A stretch of 64,000 bases of DNA from Thermoplasmatales archaeon (lineage in GTDB: Archaea; Thermoplasmatota; Thermoplasmata; Thermoplasmatales; GCA-001856825), in the NCBI GenBank assembly GCA_027345195.1, contig DAHWIJ010000040.1, forward strand, positions 7,830-71,829. The letters run 5' to 3'. Under the pieces are notes generated by a model. That model was given only the letters and a program-made list of their open reading frames with translations. It ran no database searches and had not been told where the DNA came from. Below are positions 57,644 through 64,000 of the stretch, in pieces (positions within the stretch are counted from its first letter, which is position 1; each line of letters begins with the position of its first letter). The translations under genes and the position numbers were made by a program.

Positions 57644-58095
57644 TTGACACTGAGTTCTGAGGCTGCCTTGGAGTAGCTCCAGTTCGCAGGAAGCTTGCTC
57701 TTCCTCTTGTAGTAATCGCTAAGCCTCTTTATTTTTGCCTCAACAAGTTCCAGGCCCCTTCTGTTCTTGAGGTCCTTTGGGTTCAGGACTAGATGCTTGT
57801 TAAGGTTGACCGCCTTAGACAGCAAGGCAGAAAGATCCTCGGGCACCTGATCCTCTATCCCATTGGTCTTAAGGATCTTTGAAATTCTAATGCCTCTGAG
57901 TTCCTTAACCTTGGGGATGCCATACTGGTCCCTCAGGATCATTCCCAGCTTGGATTTGGTGAGTCCCTCCCTCTTGAGTTTCACTATCAGCTGATCAAGT
58001 TCTTCGCTGCCTATAGTAACCCAGCTGGGCTTACCCTCCCTGACCGGACGTTTAGATGATGCTTTCCCTCTTTTCCTCGTATGCATCCTTGCCAT
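57640..58095 (-). CDS. rps15: 30S ribosomal protein uS15
   Basis: MARMHTRKRGKASSKRP, LRDQYGIP, PEDL, EAKIKRL..YYK. Confidence 0.97.
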   Translation of the reverse strand: MARMHTRKRGKASSKRPVREGKPSWVTIGSEELDQLIVKLKREGLTKSKLGMILRDQYGIPKVKELRGIRISKILKTNGIEDQVPEDLSALLSKAVNLNKHLVLNPKDLKNRRGLELVEAKIKRLSDYYKRKSKLPANWSYSKAASELSVK

Positions 58096-58149
58096 TATTG
58101 CACCTTTGCAGCCCATTTAGTTTTAATACTTAAGTTTTAATGGGTCCGA

Positions 58150-59241
58150 GTGTACGACGCTCTTGTCGTTGGTGCCGGGCCCGCAGGATCCAATATATCC
58201 TACGAGCTGTCCCGGAAGGGGTTCAGGGTAAAGATCATCGACCTTAAGGAGAGGATAGGGATTCCAAATCACTGCTCCGGGTTGGTGGACAGAAGAGTCG
58301 TAGACATGGTTGGTGAGGACCTTGTTGTCGGAAAGCCGGCAAGTGCAGAAGTCACCACCCCGCTGGGATCATTCACTCTAAAATCAGACAGGATGAGGGT
58401 GATTGACAGGGTGGCTCTAGACGTTAAGTTGGCAGATATGGCGCAGTCTGAAGGCGCCGAACTGGCCCTTAGGACAAGCCTGACAGAGTTCCATCAGAGT
58501 GGTGGCAGGACAGTATCTCTTCTCAAATCCAGGAAAGGGTATGAGAAGGTGGAATCAAGGTTCATAATAGGGGCGGACGGGCCAGCTAGTACGGTGAGAA
58601 GAGGGCTTGGGATACGATCTCCCCGCCTGCTGAGTTCTATTCAATACGATGTGGCCCGGAAATCAGAAGAAGTGAAGATATACCTCGACAGGACGAGAAC
58701 CCCGGACTTCTTCTCCTGGGAAGTCCCAAACGGTGACGAGGTTGAGATAGGTGCATCCGGAGCAAGAAGCGAGGAAGTCGTGAGGGGGATTGCAGGAAGC
58801 GAGAGAGTAATCAGGAAGAGAGGTGGTCTCATCCCTCTCGGACCCACGGAACTTGGTAAAGGTGGGGGATTCCTAATAGGTGATGCTGCAGGCCTAAGTA
58901 AGGCCACAACAGGAGGGGGGCTCTATGCTGCCCTGAATTCCGGTATTACTCTGTCTAGAGCCATTGAAAAGGGGGAGGATGTTCTTGGAGATTATCAGAA
59001 AAACTGGCAAAGATCTTTTGGCCAGGAAATAAGTAGGGATTTCAAGATACGTCAGCTCCTGGATAGGTACGAAAAGCACTACTGGCTGTGGGTACCAATG
59101 GTCTCCTCTAGCATCTCTGGAGTCAACAGGGTAGGAGATGTTGACTATCCTTCTCGGGCATTACTCTATATCCTTTTTTCGTTTCCGTTCAGGATTCCAT
59201 CTGCTCTCACTGACTTCATATCAAGATCTGTCAGGATTTGA
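58150..59241 (+). CDS. Geranylgeranyl reductase-family flavoprotein
   Basis: VGAGPAG, HCSG, IGADG, FSWEVP, IGDAAG...TGGG. Confidence 0.85.
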   Translation: MYDALVVGAGPAGSNISYELSRKGFRVKIIDLKERIGIPNHCSGLVDRRVVDMVGEDLVVGKPASAEVTTPLGSFTLKSDRMRVIDRVALDVKLADMAQSEGAELALRTSLTEFHQSGGRTVSLLKSRKGYEKVESRFIIGADGPASTVRRGLGIRSPRLLSSIQYDVARKSEEVKIYLDRTRTPDFFSWEVPNGDEVEIGASGARSEEVVRGIAGSERVIRKRGGLIPLGPTELGKGGGFLIGDAAGLSKATTGGGLYAALNSGITLSRAIEKGEDVLGDYQKNWQRSFGQEISRDFKIRQLLDRYEKHYWLWVPMVSSSISGVNRVGDVDYPSRALLYILFSFPFRIPSALTDFISRSVRI

Positions 59242-59243
59242 CC

Positions 59244-59687
59244 CTATTCCTTTATCGTCTGGAAGACGAGGTGTGAAAACGTGTTTTCCACTCCCTCATA
59301 GCTTCTTATTTTGTTAACAACCTTCTCTCCGAGCTCCCTTAGGTTCCTTGCCCTGACCCTCGCAATTATGTCAAATTCTCCGGCTATGATGTGCACCTCC
59401 TCAACACCCTCCATTTCGGAAATCATCTTGGCAAGCTCCTCCTGGGTCGTCCCGTCAGTCTTCTTGAAGGAGATGAAAACGAAGGCCAGAACATCCAACC
59501 CCAGTGATTCGTAGTTGAGCTTAACAGTGAATCGCCTTATGACCCCTGTCTTAACCAGCCTCTCTATCCTTTGGGCAACGGTCACCCTATTCAATCCCAG
59601 GGCATCCGCGATGTACGTAACCCTGTCCCTTCCATTCTCCATTAGATAGTTTACAATTTGTTTATCTATATCATCAATAGTTTTCAT
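59244..59687 (-). CDS. Lrp/AsnC family transcriptional regulator
   Basis: DDIDKQI...NGR HTH and RAM domain VHIIAGEFDII. Confidence 0.93.
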   Translation of the reverse strand: MKTIDDIDKQIVNYLMENGRDRVTYIADALGLNRVTVAQRIERLVKTGVIRRFTVKLNYESLGLDVLAFVFISFKKTDGTTQEELAKMISEMEGVEEVHIIAGEFDIIARVRARNLRELGEKVVNKIRSYEGVENTFSHLVFQTIKE

Positions 59688-59782
59688 AATGTTTGATATA
59701 TATTCTTATTATAACCTTTTCTAATCAAAAAGTACATCCGCATGGACCTAAAAGTAATCCGGATGATATTATTCCAGTCCTT

Positions 59783-60709
59783 ATGATTGAGGCTAGTCCG
59801 ATAGAAGGTTTCTTCCACAGGGACAAGGAAAAGATATATCTGGGCACAAAAGTGAACACCATAATCAGGGGATCGATGAAAAGATACCTTGACAGGTTAG
59901 GTTTCCTTGAGATAAATCCTGTCATCATCTCACCAATATCAGACCCTCTCAATCACCCGGTGGACGACCCAACTCTTAGTTATTACGGTTATAGATACCG
60001 CCTGACTAAATCCATGATATTTCACAAGCAGCTTGCCCTTGTCCATTTCGACAAGATATACTCCTTCTCCCCTAACATAAGACTTGAACCCCTGGAAAGA
60101 AGAGGTACGGGAAGACACCTGGCGGAATTCACTCAACTGGACCTTGAGGTGAAGGGAAAAGGAAGGGAATTTGTGATGAAGATCGCAGAAGGAATGATCG
60201 ATGATGCAATTGAAAATGTCCTGAATGCCCTGGATAGAGGAAGCCTAAATCCGGGACTTAGGAGGTACAAAAGGCCCTTCAGGAAGGTGAGATATCTTGA
60301 CGCAGTGGAGGAATATGGTAAAAACTTTGAAACTAAGATGAGCCAGGAGGCAGAGGAGCCTTTCTGGATCATAGACATACCCCTGATGGAAAGGGAGTTC
60401 TACGACAGGGAGAAGGACGATGAGGAAGGGGTTCTTATGGATATGGATCTGATTTACCCCCTAGGTTATGGAGAGGCCATCAGCGGGGGGGAAAGGGAAT
60501 ACAAATATGAGAGGATATTACAGAGAATAGCCAAGAAAGGGCAGAGGAAGGAGGATTATGCGCTCCTTTTGGAGGCTGCAAGGCTCGGCATACCCCCTTC
60601 GGCAGGTTTCGGAATCGGAATTGAGAGATTCGTGAGGTTCATACTGGGAGCGGAACGTATTTCTGATGTGGTCCTGTTTCCAAAGGAGATAGGTAAATTC
60701 GTGCTATAA
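59783..60709 (+). CDS. Archaeal asparagine synthetase A (AsnRS/AspRS catalytic-core paralog)
   Basis: Class IIb motifs SMIFHKQ, SPNIRLE, GRHLAEFTQLD, SGGERE, GFGIGIERF, with no anticodon-binding OB domain. ATG 59783 preferred. Confidence 0.88.
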   Translation: MIEASPIEGFFHRDKEKIYLGTKVNTIIRGSMKRYLDRLGFLEINPVIISPISDPLNHPVDDPTLSYYGYRYRLTKSMIFHKQLALVHFDKIYSFSPNIRLEPLERRGTGRHLAEFTQLDLEVKGKGREFVMKIAEGMIDDAIENVLNALDRGSLNPGLRRYKRPFRKVRYLDAVEEYGKNFETKMSQEAEEPFWIIDIPLMEREFYDREKDDEEGVLMDMDLIYPLGYGEAISGGEREYKYERILQRIAKKGQRKEDYALLLEAARLGIPPSAGFGIGIERFVRFILGAERISDVVLFPKEIGKFVL

Positions 60710-60967
60710 CTCCGTTCCAGAGGTATATTCTAAAAGTATAACCCTTAAGCTTTCCTATTGTTCAGCATTCCTCTGTAGTGTCAAGGATACTGGAGAATGC
60801 GCCTTGATGCAATCGAATTATCATCACCTAACTTCAATACCGCAATCAAGGCCTGCTTAATCTTATCAATTTATCTTATTCGCCAAGCAACTCTCAAATA
60901 CTCTCGGAAGGAAAACATTTAATAAAGGTATTTGAATGGGAGCTCGAGATTTTGGAGGAAATTGTCG

Positions 60968-63820
60968 ATGACAACTGATCAGAAAGACAACCAACCATCG
61001 ATGCCAGGTCCGGCACCTCAACCTCCCAAGAAGCAAGGAACGTCTAACGCAAAGTGGTATGCGATAATCATCGTCTTGGTGGTGATTATAGCTGCCCTCG
61101 GCGTCTTTGCATTCTACCACCCGACACCAAAGGTGCCAGTAGGAACAACAGCCAGTATACAGTCAGCAAGTACAGTGGCTCAGTACAATACGCCTTACAA
61201 CATATCAATAAAGACGAACGGAATGTTCAACAGCATAGACCTTTACTGGGGAGATGGAGCACCACAGGTGATTCCATATTCCGGATCTGACTATGTGAAC
61301 GTATCACACACCTACACGAGTCCAGGGAACTTCTACGTGTACTACGTCGTGAACTATCCAACAACAACATACACGAGCAACATGGAGCTTATACCTGTAG
61401 GAGTGAGTGCAGCATCATCTGCACTGCCTGCAACTGATTCTTACGGAGATATAGCACTGCAGTCAGCGTCCTCTAGCCCGCTTATAAACGGAAGCTGGGT
61501 GTACGCTCCCGGAACAACGCTATCTCTGCTGCTGGCTTACTTCACTCCGCCAGCAAACTCAAGCTACCAGGTGGTCTCACAGACTCTAACAGTATCGTTC
61601 AACGGGTCTGAAGTGAATTCAGTGGTCCTTCCGTACTACTTTAACATGTCTGCGGGCCAGTACGAACTGCCCATAAGCAGCGCCATATACAACCTGACCC
61701 TGAATACAGGATACTACCAGCTTGAAGTGACTACCTACACCGCTGCAGTTAACGCCTCATCTGGTGCAGTTAACACCTCGATGGGAGTGTTTGACACGGC
61801 CTATTATTCCGACATCCCGTCATTCTCTACAGCAAAGGCATACCAGGCGGCAACTACCACATTCGCATTCGTGAATGCAGAGGCTGAGACAGGAGGTTAC
61901 AAGACCTTAGACCCTGCTGTTGCATACGACACAGTTAGCTATGAGATTCTTCTAAACACAATGGCAACACTTGTCGGCTACAATGGAAGCAGCTCATCTC
62001 AGTTCTTCCCGTACCTGGCTGCATACCTTCCATCAACAACAAACGGAGGAATAAACACGAACTGGGCTAACTACACAGTTCATGTGAATCCCGCAGTGGC
62101 TGGATACAGCGGAAGCTACAACGTAACAATAAAGCCGTACGAGAACTACACATTCCACATACGGTCTAATGCAACATTCCAAGATGGTAGCAAGGTAACC
62201 GCATGGGACGTTGCATTCTCGTTCATCAGAGACCTGCTATTTGATGCTGGATCACCAGGTACCCCAGGATGGATAAACGCCCAGTACCTGCTACCCGGGA
62301 ACTATTATGCATCCAACACCTTCTGGAACATAACACAGAACATAACCTGGAACAACGCTACGAATAACGTGACCTTCCACTTCCAGGAGCCGATGGCCCC
62401 CTCGCTAGTATTCGAGATAATGGGATTCACCAGCGGAGTCATGATTCTTGATGCATCCTGGGTTCAGGCACACGGTGGAGGAATTGGATGGAACGCATCT
62501 GATTTCGCCGCCTATCAGGCACACGGAAGCGCTGGCGATTACATAAGTTACTTGGTGAACAACGTAATGGCAAGCGGACCTTACACGGTAGATTACACCG
62601 TACCCGCGTCTGAGGTGGTTCTTACAGCAAATCCCAACTACAATCCACCGGCTGGGGGGCATGAACCAAGACCAGCGATAAAGATGGTCATCATCGAGTA
62701 CATCGGACAAGAATCCACGAGGTATCTGCAACTCAAGTCAGGGTACGCATATACAGCCGGCATACCCAGCAGCGACTGGTATCTAGTCCAGGGTCTGGAG
62801 AGGTCAGGCATAGTGAAAGTTTACCCGTTCCCAACGATATCTATCTTCTGGTACAACCTCAACGCGAACATCAATGAAACACTGCTGGCAAAGACCTTCC
62901 CATCCGCCAACGTTCCACAGACCTTCTTTGACTCCATCCAGGTAAGAAGGGCATTTGCGGATGCCTACAATTACCCCTATTATCTGGCAGAGCAGGTAGG
63001 TAATGCGGTATACAATACAACGTTCGGTACGGGATATGCGGGTATGCTACCAAACGGAATGCTCGGGTATCAGAGCAATGCGACCCTAAAAGCTGCAGGC
63101 GTTTCACTACCACAATATAATCTTACTTATGCAGAACAGAACTGGACAGCCTTCGTACATTCAGCCTATTTCTCTGCGGAAGGACTTTCCGTGGGAACTG
63201 GAGGTACGATTATGTACAACGGAGCTCCACTCAACATCCCCATATCTATATTCAGCGCAGACCCAGTAGATGTGGAAGGTGCAACGACATGGGGAACAAA
63301 TCTCGCAACTTTCATAACTGGTGCGTCATTCCCGGTAGAACCTGAGCCATTCACAACACTGCTGAGCTGGATGGTACCCGGATCAAATCCTGCTCCAATC
63401 TATGAGCTCGGATGGGCGCCTGATTACCCGTATCCTACGGACTATATGGGACCAATGGCATATCCATCAGATGTCAGTACTTATCCCGGACCAAACGGAA
63501 TGTTCCCGTCCTGGTTCAACAACTCGTCCAACCCGGTAAGCTCCCTACCAGGAATGAAGATACAGTATCAGAACCTCACGGAAATGGTAAACTGGTACCT
63601 GAATGGAAGCGAAACTGGAAACCCAACGATAGCACTGCAAAACTTCCACGCACTGAACGAGATGCTTGTGAACATGACGTTCTACGTCTACCTGGATCAG
63701 TCTAGCGCGTTCTGGATCATGAACTCGCACGTGACCCCATCCACCATAATCGACTACCAAGAGAACGTTATGATGGGTGGAGGCGGCGATCTGATGTACA
63801 ACTACCTGACACTGACGTAG
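60968..63820 (+). CDS. ABC transporter family-5 (peptide) solute-binding protein with N-terminal membrane anchor and PKD-like domain
   Basis: TM helix AIIIVLVVIIAALGVF, WGDG...SHTY PKD signature, TLDPAVAYD, FQDGSKVTAWDV, SGPY, VRRAF, GWAPDYPYP. More than 20 N-x-S/T sequons. Confidence 0.9.
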   Translation: MTTDQKDNQPSMPGPAPQPPKKQGTSNAKWYAIIIVLVVIIAALGVFAFYHPTPKVPVGTTASIQSASTVAQYNTPYNISIKTNGMFNSIDLYWGDGAPQVIPYSGSDYVNVSHTYTSPGNFYVYYVVNYPTTTYTSNMELIPVGVSAASSALPATDSYGDIALQSASSSPLINGSWVYAPGTTLSLLLAYFTPPANSSYQVVSQTLTVSFNGSEVNSVVLPYYFNMSAGQYELPISSAIYNLTLNTGYYQLEVTTYTAAVNASSGAVNTSMGVFDTAYYSDIPSFSTAKAYQAATTTFAFVNAEAETGGYKTLDPAVAYDTVSYEILLNTMATLVGYNGSSSSQFFPYLAAYLPSTTNGGINTNWANYTVHVNPAVAGYSGSYNVTIKPYENYTFHIRSNATFQDGSKVTAWDVAFSFIRDLLFDAGSPGTPGWINAQYLLPGNYYASNTFWNITQNITWNNATNNVTFHFQEPMAPSLVFEIMGFTSGVMILDASWVQAHGGGIGWNASDFAAYQAHGSAGDYISYLVNNVMASGPYTVDYTVPASEVVLTANPNYNPPAGGHEPRPAIKMVIIEYIGQESTRYLQLKSGYAYTAGIPSSDWYLVQGLERSGIVKVYPFPTISIFWYNLNANINETLLAKTFPSANVPQTFFDSIQVRRAFADAYNYPYYLAEQVGNAVYNTTFGTGYAGMLPNGMLGYQSNATLKAAGVSLPQYNLTYAEQNWTAFVHSAYFSAEGLSVGTGGTIMYNGAPLNIPISIFSADPVDVEGATTWGTNLATFITGASFPVEPEPFTTLLSWMVPGSNPAPIYELGWAPDYPYPTDYMGPMAYPSDVSTYPGPNGMFPSWFNNSSNPVSSLPGMKIQYQNLTEMVNWYLNGSETGNPTIALQNFHALNEMLVNMTFYVYLDQSSAFWIMNSHVTPSTIIDYQENVMMGGGGDLMYNYLTLT

Positions 63821-63826
63821 GCCTAA

Positions 63827-63851
63827 TTTCTTTCTTTTTTTCTTATTTTTC
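63827..63851 (+). terminator. Oligo-T archaeal terminator
   Basis: TTTCTTTCTTTTTTCTTATTTTT immediately after the solute-binding protein stop codon. Confidence 0.6.
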
Positions 63852-64000
63852 TATTAAATATATGTGATTTCAAAATGGTACCATTTTGTAAGCTAAAACC
63901 TTCTTTCCTTCATGAATGGATTCTTGAACGTTAAGTATGTGGCGATAGCTATGACCGATCCTATTGTTAAGACCAATCCTGCTGTCTGGACGAGGGGATT

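Noticed and set aside
1-64000. Numerous 60-180 aa antisense or alternate-frame ORFs in the track, and any tRNA, rRNA, CRISPR, IS or provirus
   Set aside because: The short ORFs overlap well-supported genes and lack motifs. No cloverleaf, repeat-spacer array, transposase or integrase was recognised by eye.

Overview
Core chromosomal DNA of an archaeon, most consistent with class Thermoplasmata. The archaeal assignment rests on egsA, rpoF/rpoP, eL21/eL43, the exosome and proteasome genes and aIF5A. The narrower call is inference from gene content (nuclease-less Hef, DUF835, a very large PKD-containing family-5 solute-binding protein). The window is gene-dense, with about 60 CDS. It includes replication/repair, a 12-gene psmA-to-rsmA superoperon, riboflavin/FAD genes, a DtxR-Nramp metal locus with a perfect operator, a UDP-sulfoquinovose cluster, a SPFH/zinc-ribbon operon and an Lrp-asparagine synthetase pair. 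I found no tRNA, rRNA, CRISPR array, IS element or provirus. The most unusual signal is a ~250-nt structured non-coding segment (7931-8196). It follows the element order of archaeal RNase P RNA but seems to lack the catalytic P4 helix. Other leads are a 19-aa hyperacidic micro-ORF with a strong SD in front of an N-acetyltransferase, a processive QxxRW glycosyltransferase beside UDP-sulfoquinovose synthase, a ValRS with PMHAS in place of KMSKS, and a probable ATA start codon. All calls were made by eye from motifs. No database search or folding program was run.
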